Shown here: positions 1 to 12,134 of the stretch, piece after piece
How positions within the stretch are numbered: position 1 is the first letter of the stretch
Layout: the number at the start of each line of letters is the position of its first letter
Origin: Oopsacas minuta
Taxonomy: Eukaryota > Animalia > Porifera
Assembly (NCBI GenBank): GCA_024704765.1
Contig: JAKMXF010000066.1
Coordinates: 124,001 to 188,000, forward strand
Direction of reading: 5' to 3'
Length of the DNA stretch: 64,000 bases
Program-made: the position numbers and the translations under genes
Notes under the pieces: model-generated
Seen by the model: only the letters and a program-made list of their open reading frames with translations
The model's database searches: none
Told to the model about the DNA's origin: nothing

Positions 1-558
1 ATTACTAAGGCTGCGAAGGATGGTGCTGTCAAGGGAGCTACTGATGGAGCTCAGAAGGGAATCACAGATCACTTTGCAAACAAATACGGAATGTCTCGAA
101 GTAATTCCAAACCTGAAGAAACAAAGACACTCGGTACAATAGAGCAAAATATCACGGATGAGAAGGAAACGAAGGAAGCTGTTTTTACTCCTGAGCCTAA
201 ATCTACCTCAAAGCTTCCTAACATTAACATTCCTAAACCACATTTCAAACGGAAAACTGGAGGAGGTAGAGTCAAGAGTCATCCCCAGATAGAAGAGCAT
301 CGTAGGAAAATGAGAGAAAAGAAAACAGCTGTAATCCGTACAGAGACTAAATCAATCAGTCAAGAATGGGCGGTAGATGTTTGGTGTGTTGCTAATTTCA
401 GTTATAAGGGAGAATTGCCTTGTGATTTGGAATTTATGAAGGGAGATAAAATTAAAGTTCTCCTCAGAACTGATACAGATTTTGACTGGTGGGAGGGAGA
501 AGCTTATGGGAAGACAGGAATATTTCCTGCAAACTACGTGTCCATTATGAATAAATAA
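1..558 (+). CDS. 3' part of an SH3-domain protein (SH3YL1/Lsb3-like C-terminal SH3); frame is open from base 1, so 5'-partial
   Basis: Frame 1 has no stop from base 1 to TAA at 556-558. The C-terminus ANFSYKGELPCDLEFMKGDKIKVLLRTDTDFDWWEGEAYGKTGIFPANYV carries the SH3 WW and GxFPxNYV motifs; the DFDWWEG segment recalls SH3YL1. Confidence 0.85.
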   Translation: MTKAAKDGAVKGATDGAQKGITDHFANKYGMSRSNSKPEETKTLGTIEQNITDEKETKEAVFTPEPKSTSKLPNINIPKPHFKRKTGGGRVKSHPQIEEHRRKMREKKTAVIRTETKSISQEWAVDVWCVANFSYKGELPCDLEFMKGDKIKVLLRTDTDFDWWEGEAYGKTGIFPANYVSIMNK

Positions 559-2755
559 TATTCTATTCTAGCTCTTTCTATTTTGTCCTGTATTGTAAAT
601 TGTACATAGTTTGGTATAAAAACTGTCAAGTAAATTCCGAGATAGTGGGCATCATATACACAAAAGTCAACTGGTGGGGAAGGAAATTTGTTCGCTAATA
701 TTCGAGATAGCGTACCTTCGCGGTTGCCGTAGGGACGGAATTTCAATTCCCATTCCCACGGCAACCCTGCGTACCATGAATCATTGTAGGAATTATGAAT
801 CTAATCATCAATTTGAGAGTTACTACAGCTTTGTATGAATACCTGATATAGTAGTCATGATTGTAGATATGTTTGTGCTAAGCCCCTGCCCTGAGCATTC
901 GAGGAGATAATACTCTTTACATTCACACATTAAATATTCATAATTACGAGAGCGCTTCGCTTGCTCGCTACGCGGTTGCGAACACTTCGTGTCCGCACTC
1001 GGGTCTATAGCTCTCGAGTACGTAAACTCGTAATCTTAACCGTAGCAAACATGATACTGCCATAATCTTTAAATCTTTTATGAAGTGTTGTTTACAATCA
1101 TATTTGAACTCAGCATATACGATTATCCCAGTATAGCCGTTGAAAGTATGAATCTACTACGAATTTGAAATTTGCTTACCTTACGTACCTAAAAGTAGAC
1201 AAATAATCACATAATGTTGTTTACAATATCATATTTGGACTCAGCACACTCGATTACCCTAGCACAATATTGTTTTGTTGTTGTGTTGTGTTGTGTTGTG
1301 TAATATTTGGTTCTGGACTTTATGAATGACTTTCTATATGGGAGCGTGACACACACAGACACACACAAGGACAAATTGAGATTTAATAATTATAGATGAA
1401 CTGTTAACAATAAATAGGAAAACACATAACTAAATGCCTGTTTAGTATATAACAATTGTAATCTGACAGTAGTGGCTCTCATAACGGCTGTGTTGAGAAA
1501 GAATGATGCTTCGATCCTTTTGGCCTCATGTTACCATTCAATATGGATTATCTATACCGATTCCATGAAAATACTAATAATCCCATTCTCTGATCTGATA
1601 ACAAACTCCATTCTTTTTACAAATGAAGGTTCAGGGATACAGCAGAATAATTCTAACACTTTATACTGTAGATAATAATCCAAGGTAGAACTGAGATGAA
1701 ATGATTAAATTCAGAAATTTGATCAGAATTATATATCAATTGGTTATTTAGTAATTGGATCAAATGTTCTACATTTCAAAGCTAATGGCCTAGACCTGAC
1801 AGTTCGTACAACTTTCAATAGCCTCTTACCAATTCCACATAAAAATAGATAAAAACCTTTGATCCTTCCCTCTTTCTTTTTGGCCCCACCTCGAGAGATT
1901 TTAGATTGATGCTAGAGGATTTAAAACGCTTTGAGTAAATTGAGGGTAAACTTATTCTAAGATTTAGTCATATTATCCTCAGGGGGGGGACTACTATTTA
2001 AGGAATAGGGTACTTATTTCGAATATTAATGAATAAAATCCATTAGTATAAATATTTATACTGGACCAAGGGATTGACTGGATGGTGGAATCTGATGGAA
2101 TTTGACTGAATAGAAACTTGAAAGGAAATTCGGATTCAGCGGAATTTGTTACCTCATTGCAGCTGTTAAGAGCTAATCTCTACGTATATTTAAAGATTCC
2201 AATTATTTCTTTACTTTGTATTCATAAAAAACAACACATAAATTTCTATATGATTAGTTCAAAAGTGTGAAATCAGATTCAGCATATTCTATATATTTAA
2301 GTAGTCAAGCTATATTCATTTCTGTTAACTTTCTGGGTATACACGGCAAATACATAGTTATGCGACATCTCAATTCAAAATAGCATACAGGTGTCCCTCG
2401 CCGTTCCAGGGGGTTACGTTCCTGTAAATTGCCGTGAACGACAAATTCGCGAACGACGAGACTAAAGCTTAATGAGAATAGTGGGGTTACGTTCATAGAT
2501 TTCAGGACAACACACGCATAGTGCTACTAAACACAAAATCAATAATAGATAATAGCGAATTAAATTATAGGGTCTATTCACAAGTTGAGTTGAAAATCAA
2601 GAGTTTAATACTTGGTAGCCTTTGGGCAAAGAATAGAAAACTTTGCTTTTGAAAAATAGTCTTAACACACATAAAAGCTACAGTATTTGAAGTAGTGAGT
2701 TAAATGATATTTATAATGCTAATGGGGAAAATACATATGATGGTAATAGAAAGTA

Positions 2756-2941
2756 CAGTAGAACTCGGATAAGACGTACTCGGCTTAAGACGTACACTCG
2801 GTTAAGACGTACTATTTCTTATATCCCAAAATATCAGTCATCATTATTTGTAATGCAAACATATTCGGATAAGACGTACACTCGGTTAAGACGTACTAAT
2901 TTCTGTTTCCCGAGGGGGTACGTCTTATCCGAGTTCTACTG
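2756..2941. mobile_element. Tc1/mariner (pogo/Tigger-type) MITE, 186 bp
   Basis: TIR CAGTAGAACTCGGATAAGACGTAC at 2756 with its reverse complement ending at 2941; TA on both flanks; internal repeats of CGG(A/T)TAAGACGTAC. Confidence 0.85.
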
Positions 2942-4088
2942 TATAGGAAATAGTTAGAAAAATATGCAGAATATTCTGTCAAATTGCTGAAGTGTGTAGT
3001 GAAAACCACAAATAAATGAGACACGGTACGGATAACAGACAAAACACAAAATATCAACAGCGAATAGTCGAAACCGCGAACGGCGAGGGCTGCCTGTACC
3101 ATAAATCCTTTACTCGACAACGGAGAAACAAACAAACAAACAAAAATTGCAATTTCATAATAATATAGATTATTCCCCAATTCACTCTTAATTAAATTTA
3201 TTGATTAGTACTCTGGATGAGATCTACGACGCCGGTTTTTTGAAACCTCGTCTGATCTGTTGAATATTCAGAGCTTATATAAATTTTACAGTGTAAATAT
3301 GCGAGATAATGTGGGACGTAAGAAATAAGTACCATCTGAATTGTTCTTTCAAATAATATACATACTCCTCCAGTCCTGCTTCTGAAGCTTCCCTCTAAAT
3401 AGAATTTGAACAATTTCCACCAACTACTAAATGTCATTATGTTCTGAAACCCGAGATATCTGGTAATAGAAGTTCAGATAATCGATGGTTTACTACTAGC
3501 TTCATTTAATTTCAAGATTTGGCTCTAGGACTCAAATCTAATCACAGGTATCCCTCAATCAATAACTAGTAGTAGTCAAATTACTAGAATATAGAACCAA
3601 TTATACTAAACTATTTGAAATTAATTGATCAATGTGACTACACAAGCACATGTATGTAGTTACAAAGTGGTGAATTGTAATTGGTTTGTACTTAGTGAGG
3701 TTAAATTTGCATAAGTATTTGAAGTAGATATAGATATTAACATTATTATTGATCTATATTTCAGATAGAAAGAGAGAGAATGGATTACATTCTGTTATGT
3801 TGAATAACTTCTAATGATCTTAATCTACCTCGAAACACCAGGTGTATTGTCTACATCAATCTGGAGGCAGAAACTCAACCTGAAGGTTGGCAAACATTTA
3901 TTTAATTAGCAATAATATGTAGAAAATGTAGCTTGTATAAGTAGTACACGTACGTATATGAAGGATATGAAGCAAAAATTGGATAACTGGGTGATCATAT
4001 CTGACAACCAAGAGGCAAATTTCTAATGGTTTAATCAGCGAAGTAATGGAATCTCTTACAGTTAAATATAGATGAAAAATACACATTA

Positions 4089-4447
4089 GGCCACTGTTAA
4101 TGAGAAACTTGTTTCAGCTTCACATTAGAGCCACCTGAACATGCATGCGGCGGGCGGTTCATTATCATTATCTCATTATTTAGAGAGGCATCAGCTGGAA
4201 AATTGGTTCATTGACTTCATTCATAAAAATATTATAATTATTAAAGTCAAATTTGATATGAGAATAGGCTAGGCTATGAAAAAGATACTTCTATTGTACT
4301 TTAACTAGTTTATATATCTTGTAGACTTGTAGTTGAAATACATTAAGCAAATGGTGAAATAATGACAATAATGACAATATTAGTGCGGTAGCCAACTCAG
4401 ATGCGGGCGGTGGAGCTGAAACATGTTTCCAACTACTAACAGTGGCC
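4089..4447. mobile_element. PIF/Harbinger-type MITE, 359 bp
   Basis: Ends GGCCACTGTTA ... TAACAGTGGCC with extended subterminal complementarity (TGTTTCAGCT / AGCTGAAACA); TTA on both flanks. Confidence 0.8.
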
Positions 4448-4657
4448 TTAACTGGAGCATAGCAAGCTCAGAAAACTGGTCCGGCCATCGCCATTTTAAT
4501 AACTACTGCAAACTTGCCTGCTCTACCGCCAATCAGTAATACGTAGCTACAAATACACTAAGTGGGAAGCAACATTGCATAAACAGTTTAAGTATACATA
4601 ATTTATAGAATCGAGATTTAACAAACATCCCCAACAGATAATAATAGAATGTTAATA

Positions 4658-4826
4658 CAGCAGACTTCGCTTAATAGAGCCACTGGTTAATCGGGTCACT
4701 TGACCAGAAACAGAACCATACAAATAGTGTTAATTTACTCTGGTTAATCGGGCCAACACCTTTATTCCGCTTAATTTGGTCAAAATGGCCTGGTCCCAAT
4801 GTGACCCTGTTAAGCGGAGTCTACTG
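4658..4826. mobile_element. Tc1/mariner-type MITE, 169 bp; truncated relative at about 13718-13797
   Basis: CAGCAGACTTCGCTTAA ... TTAAGCGGAGTCTACTG with TA on both flanks; 13718 begins CAGTAGACTCCGTTTAATAGAGCC, nearly the same left end. Confidence 0.8.
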
Positions 4827-4884
4827 TATATTTTCTGAATATAAATTTGATAGTGTTTGGTTAAAATATATTTCAATGAGTAAG

Positions 4885-5080
4885 AATATGTTTGTCTGTC
4901 TGTTTATAAGCCCGTTGTCAAGGAAAAGATTTACGGTATGCAATTTTGAAATTGTCGCATAACTATGTATTTATCGTGTTTATCAAGGAAGTAAATGGAA
5001 TTCAATAAAACTTCACTAAATGTATTGAACATGCTGAATCCGCAACCGTGTAACTCGAGCAAGCGAAGCGGACTCGTTAA
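4885..5080 (+). repeat. Internal segment of the Helitron-like interspersed repeat (see 43392-43857)
   Basis: TGTCTGTCTGTTT...CCGTTGTCAAGGAAAAGATTTACGGTATGCAATTTTGAAATTGTCGCATAACTATGTAT matches 43415-43500; reverse-orientation relatives near 2990-3170 and 18195-18340. Boundaries approximate. Confidence 0.65.
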
Positions 5081-5245
5081 ATACAGTTTAATCATATTTT
5101 TGTCTACAATATATGTCTTTTAAATAATTTAGATGGAATCTCATGAATATTTGGATAATTATAGGAATAGTTATCATGGGTGTATATCTAGTGTTTTTAA
5201 TTATTCTGATAGAAAAATTCTAGAACTGTATAATCTGGAAAACTG

Positions 5246-5490
5246 GGGCCTTATTAACTAAAATTCTTAAGTCAAATTCTTAGAATTTTGCTTAACTTTA
5301 AGTCAAATTCTTAGAATTAGATTAATTCTTAGAATAATTCTAAGAATTATTCTAAGAATCCGTTAAGTATAGCCAAGTTAAGAATTCTTAACGAAAACTA
5401 AGAATATTTCATGAATTCTTAGAATTATTCTTAGAAATACACTTAGAATTAAGTTAAGAATAATTCTTAGAATTTTAGTTAATAAGGCCC
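5246..5490. mobile_element. Harbinger-like MITE that is almost entirely palindromic
   Basis: GGGCCTTATTAACTAAAATTCT ... AGAATTTTAGTTAATAAGGCCC with CTG on both flanks; interior built from repeated TTCTTAGAATT / AATTCTAAGAA units. Confidence 0.75.
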
Positions 5491-5967
5491 CTGGCCTCTA
5501 TTTTATTCGTTGATCGGCTACTTTTTTATCTGTATTATAGTAGTCTATGGCGGACCCCAGGCTGCAGAATACTGGAGCAGTGTAACCCAAACATAGTTAT
5601 AATATACATTCATTGTAGTTACGTTATTTTTTAGACAAAACTACCTAATGAATATTGTGTCAGTAATTTAATTAAGCAGAATAAATTGGTTATTTTCTGC
5701 TCTAGTCTGCATACTTTATTTGTGGTATTTACAAAAGAAATATTGCAAATATTCTCTAACACATTTATCTTAGTCGCTATTGATTTGGTAAACACTGTTT
5801 TATTTAATATAAGTTATACATAAAGTATAACCTTGAAAGCGGAGCTATATGCATCTACAAACTAATGCACTCTAACAAATCATATAAAGAGAAATAGATA
5901 GTTGAATTGGCAAAATATCGACTTGCAGCTAAACTGTGTATATATTAAAATAATTTAATAGTGCAAA

Positions 5968-7290
5968 ATGTCAAACATTGATTTCTCGCAGCCTCCATTA
6001 ACTATAGACAATCAGCCACGTTTAAGCCCAACTAGATGGCGTGAGGAAGCCGATATTTTAATGCAATGCACTCAAATCACACTTTCTGACCCGAAGAACA
6101 TTGAACAAACTATTTCAGAATCTCCCTTTTCGGATGTAATCTATAAAGTATTAACTGAGCTATATGCTGAGCAAGAATTTGAAAATACCGATTCATTGGA
6201 GCCTACGGAAAGTAGTTCAGGGATTGGAGGGAGTCTGAATAGACTGGAGGATCTCTTTGAACAGAAACACATTAGTAACATAGAAGAAATTTCAGATAGT
6301 AGTCGGGATTGTTTTGACGAGTATCAAGCTAAAACTAATAAAATTAAACAGGTAAGGAAATTTGATCAATACGATGAGATTATGAGTAATATATGGGATT
6401 GGGATCTCGTAATGCTATTTACATTTCTTTGTGTAGTATTTGAATAATGTCGTGAGATTCCCAAAATCAGTTGTATTTTCAAAACTTGTAAAATATTCAT
6501 ACGAAAAATTGCCACAAAAGAATAATCGCCCCGATTTGTTCTCTATAGGTGTACGATATTGAACATAGAAACTTGAAACATTTGTCTGACGAGTACTCAT
6601 TAGGAATATTAAGTGTTATTAAAGATCAGCCGAAATGTATCCCTATGCCGCCACAATACATGATTGATGATATTGTCAAAGGAGCCAATGAGAGAACTCA
6701 ATATATATTTCTACAATTGAGAACTAATGTCGAAGAGGCAGTCATACGAGTTAAGAAAAATTTCGTTGACGGAAGACCCTCAAAAAAACTGAGGAGAAGT
6801 TTCAATAAGCAAGCTACTGAGATTCTGAATGAGTATTTCTACTCTCATCTTGACAACCCATACCCTAGTGAAGAAGTCAAAGCTGACCTTTCTATTCAGT
6901 GTAAAATAACGTTATCACAGGTTAGTATCTCACTTGTTAATTATGAAAGAAAAGTACTGTAGATCTGGAAATTAAATATTTTCGTGATTCGTGTAACATA
7001 GGAAATATAACTCGATTTACGGTACTCTTGGTAAAAATGATCCTAAATTCCGAATATTGAGTCCATATTGTAGTATAATAAGTTCTATTCTGTAGATTAA
7101 CAATTGGTTTGGCAACAAAAGGATTAGATATAAGCGAAACATAGGAAAGGAAAGCCTGGGAGATACGGATGGATTAGCTCCAGAATTGCATCTAGAAGAG
7201 AATAATTCAGATACTTGCTTAGAAGAGTTGTCTACTTCTGATGAAGAAATTGATAATTTCAATAATTATTCCAATGGTTTTTGTATGTGA
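5968..7290 (+). CDS. PBX: PBX/Extradenticle TALE homeobox protein, 3 exons: 5968-6351, 6549-6920, 7096-7290
   Basis: Spliced product reads RRSFNKQATEILNEYFYSHLDNPYPSEEVKADLSIQCKITLSQ|INNWFGNKRIRYKRNIGK, the PBX homeodomain (PYP loop, WFGNKR). Donors CAG|GTAAGG and CAG|GTTAGT and acceptors TATAG| and TGTAG| keep frame (both phase 0). Divergent PBC-like segments upstream (DILMQCTQIT, KIKQVYDIEH, QLRTNVEEAV). Confidence 0.93.
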
Positions 7291-8580
7291 TTCATTTTTA
7301 GATATGTAAAGCACAGTTCATCAGGATAAATTTGTAAGAAGTAAACATTATCTTATGTTACTTATTATATTGTTTACTAATGTTTTTACGATTACATAAT
7401 TGCCTTTTGAAAATTCTTGATTTCTGCTTTTTTGGGATAGTTTTACACCAAGAATTTAAACCAACCCATAGAACATGACCAACGTATCACAATTAAACGG
7501 AGTTGACTATGAATCTGTATGTCATCATTTTAAAGTAGAACTCGAGCAAATTCCTTGTGGATTTACCAAGAACTTGTATCACTTGCTAGGAACCTCTTCG
7601 TATTTGTGAATCAAATAAGATGATGTATCCCCACACTTAATGAGTTTATTTGAATCATTTTGCTCTAAATAGAATGTAATACTACTTCTGCATGATATTA
7701 GTATCACTAAAATATTGTAAATTAAATAAATGCTCAGGTTTTTAGCAAAAATTTCTATCGAGTTGCAGTTCCCCTGGAGAGAGATGCCGATACGTAAACA
7801 ATCTTACTTTTAGGTCATAAATTTATGTACGCATATCGGAACTGCAATTTCCAAAATTGGCGACTATTCATTCTTTACGCTTTAATGGCAAATTTAAAAA
7901 CGTGTACATATTCCAATACAAAAATTTTATTCGATTGGCCTAGCTCAAGTAAATGTTGCTTCGAATGTTCCGCCTTCTTTAGTATTTCAAACGAAATTGT
8001 TATGCAAAAAAACGAAGCAATTTCGCAATTATGAAAATAGAAATATGCTCAAGGATGACAAGACGTGACCCGGCAGTTTTTGGAAACATATGCATACACA
8101 TTGGCGCAACTAGGCCCATGAGTCAGGGTAGGAAAAGATGACGTTATGCCTACCCGCCCTATACTTTTTGTATTACGGTGGAGTCAAATCTGGGTGGGCA
8201 TATGCCCACCCAAAATGGCCCTAGTTGCGCATATGTGCATACATATTACCCCAGGCATGCTAAATCAGCAAAAATAAGTACATAATAGACAAAGAATATC
8301 TCATCCGATCTTCAGGTTCCCCATTTAGTCAGATTCCACCATACAGTCGACTCCATCTGACAAGACTCAAAATAAACACACCCTCTACCAACAAAATTAA
8401 ATTTTACAGTCTTTTACAAACACAAGATTGCTTTAGTCACCTGTAACGGAACCATAATATTATGATGTCCTGACAATACAATATGTGACCCTTCGAAAGC
8501 CAGCTAAATAATTTATCAGTCCCCCAGTAATAACCCCAAATCGTTCAAATAACAAACACAGACAAAATTCAAGTAACAAC

Positions 8581-9753
8581 ATGCCATATTATTTCCCAAG
8601 GAAAAGAGCTACTAAATTGGTAGGCACTTGCACATTAGCAATGATATTGGTAATTGTGTTTATTCACTTCAGAAAACTGCCTGAGATTGAGCTCCAACAA
8701 AAACACATAGAAGAACACAATGAATGGGATCTCCCAGATAACTGGAGTATTCCACCTGCATTAAGAGCTAACAGATATACATGCAACAATTTGTTGAGGT
8801 TGAGACAGGGAAATAGAAATATTACAGTAGATTATCTTACGTTAGGCATTGGAGCTCTTATATTCCTCATTGATAGGTCTAGTAGCTCAAATGAGTACAA
8901 ACTGGAGCTAGCTCGTAACTTAACACTCCTGAAGGATATATTGACTCCTAACGACTTGGTTCACGTTGTTGGCAACATAGAAGAAGTAGATAAACTAAAT
9001 GGGAGTGATATTCGCTTGTTTCTGAGTAAAAATCAATTTGAAATGTTGAGAGGTTTTGGAATTAGTTCTATATCTCTCTCAGCACCTGAAATATTGCACA
9101 GATCTTTACAGCCATTGATACCAGAAATTACACGAGAAGCTGAATCAGCTGGTATACAACTAACTGGGATAGTACCTGTTGAGAATGTTGTGCTACATAC
9201 GAAGGAGCAAGCGCAACCTTTGAGAATGCTAACCACTCAACAAGGCATCAAGGTAGGAGTTCTAGCTTATTGTGCACTAAAGGAATGTGAGATTATGACA
9301 ACGGATCTGACTCATCAACCAGCTGTTTTCTCAAATATCGTACTTTATGATATCCAAATGATTCGTACTAAAGGTGCTAGACTTGTAGTAGTGAGTATGA
9401 ACTGGGGTGTGTCAACTGACAGCCGGTACAATGATGTTTTGAGTAGAAAGCTCGCGATGGCTGGAGCAGATGTTGTAGTGGGACAACATCCGTGGGGTAA
9501 GCTAGGGCATGGATTGTATGCTACTACACTTGTTATTTTCGCTAGTGGAACAATGCTAGGCAACCAAGATTATGTAGATTATATAAGAGAATTTCTATTT
9601 TATAGAATTCGTTATGGTAGACTTGGAGACATGAAGTCAGAGTACAAAGTTATAGACAGAAGTACGTATACTGCAAAGAGTGGATGGATAGAAGTATGTA
9701 GTGATGGAGACATATACTGTATCGAATGTTTAGACATGAGAATACATCTTTAA
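8581..9753 (+). CDS. Type II membrane protein with a degenerate CapA/PGA_cap (poly-gamma-glutamate synthesis protein, metallophosphatase-fold) domain
   Basis: N-terminal hydrophobic anchor LVGTCTLAMILVIVFIHF; GIKVGVLAY, LVVVSMNWG and LAMAGADVVVGQHPW parallel the CapA motifs VxxHWG and AGADxVxGHHPH. Confidence 0.7.
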   Translation: MPYYFPRKRATKLVGTCTLAMILVIVFIHFRKLPEIELQQKHIEEHNEWDLPDNWSIPPALRANRYTCNNLLRLRQGNRNITVDYLTLGIGALIFLIDRSSSSNEYKLELARNLTLLKDILTPNDLVHVVGNIEEVDKLNGSDIRLFLSKNQFEMLRGFGISSISLSAPEILHRSLQPLIPEITREAESAGIQLTGIVPVENVVLHTKEQAQPLRMLTTQQGIKVGVLAYCALKECEIMTTDLTHQPAVFSNIVLYDIQMIRTKGARLVVVSMNWGVSTDSRYNDVLSRKLAMAGADVVVGQHPWGKLGHGLYATTLVIFASGTMLGNQDYVDYIREFLFYRIRYGRLGDMKSEYKVIDRSTYTAKSGWIEVCSDGDIYCIECLDMRIHL

Positions 9754-10021
9754 TTTGTGAATTTATTATGTAAATTAAATCTTATTTCTCTTCTTAATCC
9801 TCTTCCGATATCATGTAATTTGTATTCCTTTAACAATCAGAATTGATTTTCTCATACGCGAATGAACTACAAATATCTAAATTTAACCAAGTCTACATAA
9901 CTAGTTTACAAATATACGAACAACAACAATTATTATGTTTATTATACAAACTGTACTGAGGTGAATACAAATTGTTATAAGAATAAGATGTATTTTTGCT
10001 GCATTACTCTCTTAATATTTT

Positions 10022-10270
10022 TTATTCATTGTACTGTGTTGTATTGTAACTCTTGCATCTGACAGAATGAGGAAGGAAATACCTCTGATATTAGCGATAT
10101 AGAGCAATTAACGTACAAACCTTACTAGATTATTATAGTTAAAGCACAGATACATGACTCAGGGTTGATGCATTGCAATTACCACTAGCAAGTTTGTATA
10201 TATGAACAAGGGTCATAGACACACGCACTGATTCTGTCAGAGTTACAATACAACACAGTAAAATGAAAAA
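10022..10270. repeat. Inverted-repeat (MITE-like) element with arms of about 40 bp
   Basis: TACTGTGTTGTATTGTAACTC..CTGACAGAAT near 10031-10068 is the reverse complement of ATTCTGTCAGAGTTACAATACAACACAGTA near 10231-10260; no clear TSD. Confidence 0.6.
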
Positions 10271-10594
10271 GCTCTAGATTGAGTAGATTCGCCTGTTAAT
10301 TCATAAACAAATCTGTGGATGTTCAAACACCTCATACAAGGTATATTAGAATACGAAGAAGTAGAAAATGTCAAAATCTGTCTTCTATTTTCTATTTGCG
10401 ATCTATGTCGGTAAAATATTTGTATATAATAATGAAATGTTTATCAAGCCTTTTCTTTTGTTACAAACCCAAATAATAGAACATCCGATTACGGTTACAC
10501 TTTAATTATTGACTCATATAATAATAGAGTAAACTGTTGTAATATCTTTACTTATTTATAGATATTAGATATTAATAGTGTGTGGTGCGAATAG

Positions 10595-11638
10595 ATGCTA
10601 TCATATATCACTGATTTCACAGAGTTTGAAAGGGGTTACTTTTGGCTGAATTGTGACAAACCAACAACTCTGTGTAAAATAGCAGTTTGTCTAAGGAGTG
10701 AAAATGAAGATAAAGTATTGAGTACAAGATACTCAAAACCTCATGAAAAGGAACATGCTGAATTAACAGCACTTACATATGTAGTAGAAGAATTAGACAC
10801 AAAACTACGTTTTATCCCACTAGACAATTCTGCAGTGTTAGATGTTATTATGCGGATTAATAATAGTCCATGCGCCAGATGTCAAGATCCACTCATAGAA
10901 CTTTTGTTGGAAATCAAGAACATGATTCCTCGAGTACATTTTAGACTAATTATGTTTTTCTCAAATCTGTATAACAAGAGTGATAAAGGAATCGAACAGT
11001 TTTGCGATTGGATCATGGAATTGGTTGAAAATAAAATTGTTGTCATTGTTTGTCCACTTGTTGTCTATAAAATGGTTGAGAAACCTGAAGATTTTCCAAA
11101 ATCTCAGGTTCATGAAATGGTTGAATTCGGTAGGGATTGTATTGACAATTTCAGGGAATTACTGTCCGATATTGAAGATCGAGAAGGTTCATTTCATGTC
11201 TCGATAAGTCACCAATTCTTTCGAAAAGATTATCAAGTTTACATGAGATTATTTAGTTGGGATGATCCTCATTTTTTCTCGATATATCCAAAAGGTGTGT
11301 CTATTCACCTTTCTAAACTAACGATAAATCCTGAGTTCTACCATCATAAAGCAAAACCACGGAAAGGTTTCCAAACTAATATAGCTGCAACTCAAAGCTA
11401 CACTATCCCCACTGAAACTTACAATAAACCTGACCAAAGCTCTGCAGAACCTTCCCAAAAATCCTACAAGAAACAAGTTCAGAGCTTTAAAAAGCAAAAA
11501 TTTTATAAATACAAGAAAACTCAGAGCTCCAAAGTAGCTTCAGCTGCACCAGCTTCTGCAGGTGTTTACAAGAAAGATAAGATTGCCTCATCAACAGCAC
11601 GGTACATGCCTGCGAAGAAAGCCAAATATGATAACTAA
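10595..11638 (+). CDS. AID/APOBEC-like zinc-dependent cytidine deaminase with a basic C-terminal tail
   Basis: HAE (10754-10762) and NNSPCARC zinc motifs, N-terminal FTEF, TTLC strand and FFSNLY segment follow the AID/APOBEC order FxxxF..T.LC..HxE..SPCxxC..F.x.LY. A TAG just before the ATG could be a splice acceptor. Confidence 0.8.
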   Translation: MLSYITDFTEFERGYFWLNCDKPTTLCKIAVCLRSENEDKVLSTRYSKPHEKEHAELTALTYVVEELDTKLRFIPLDNSAVLDVIMRINNSPCARCQDPLIELLLEIKNMIPRVHFRLIMFFSNLYNKSDKGIEQFCDWIMELVENKIVVIVCPLVVYKMVEKPEDFPKSQVHEMVEFGRDCIDNFRELLSDIEDREGSFHVSISHQFFRKDYQVYMRLFSWDDPHFFSIYPKGVSIHLSKLTINPEFYHHKAKPRKGFQTNIAATQSYTIPTETYNKPDQSSAEPSQKSYKKQVQSFKKQKFYKYKKTQSSKVASAAPASAGVYKKDKIASSTARYMPAKKAKYDN

Positions 11639-12134
11639 ATAAATATTACATATAATTTGCTACTACTAGCTCTATTTAGTAATTCCTAAGTTTCACTTAC
11701 CTTTTCTACTAACGTATAACTTTTCGAATTGAAACTCTGTTTCTCTCTTATATTATTTAAATATATTTATCAATTATTTATTGTTTTCATGTTATTATTT
11801 ATTGATGTGTGTATTAAATAAGATTCTTCTTATTAGAGATTCCTTATATATACTGAGCTATAGTATAGTGTAGGTTTTTGTAATACAAAAACCACATAGC
11901 CTCATTCGAAAAGGTGACGTTCATTAATCCGAAGAAATGGCCTTTCCTCGAAGATAGAAAAACTAATACAAAAAAGCTGTACTAGTATATCTGAGCCATT
12001 CATATAAGTTTTCACTAAAGTAAATGATTTGAAATTTTAATATTGGGAATCATATACTATTAATAAGCTTCAAAAGCACATAATAAATAAGTAAAAAATA
12101 GTCAAGTTTTTGGTAGCTCTAAATAGTTACTTAT

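Noticed and set aside
722-766. Hairpin GGTTGCCGT.GGGA ... TCCCACGGCAACC downstream of the SH3 gene
   Set aside because: Looks like the end of a common MITE-type repeat; no support for a structured RNA.
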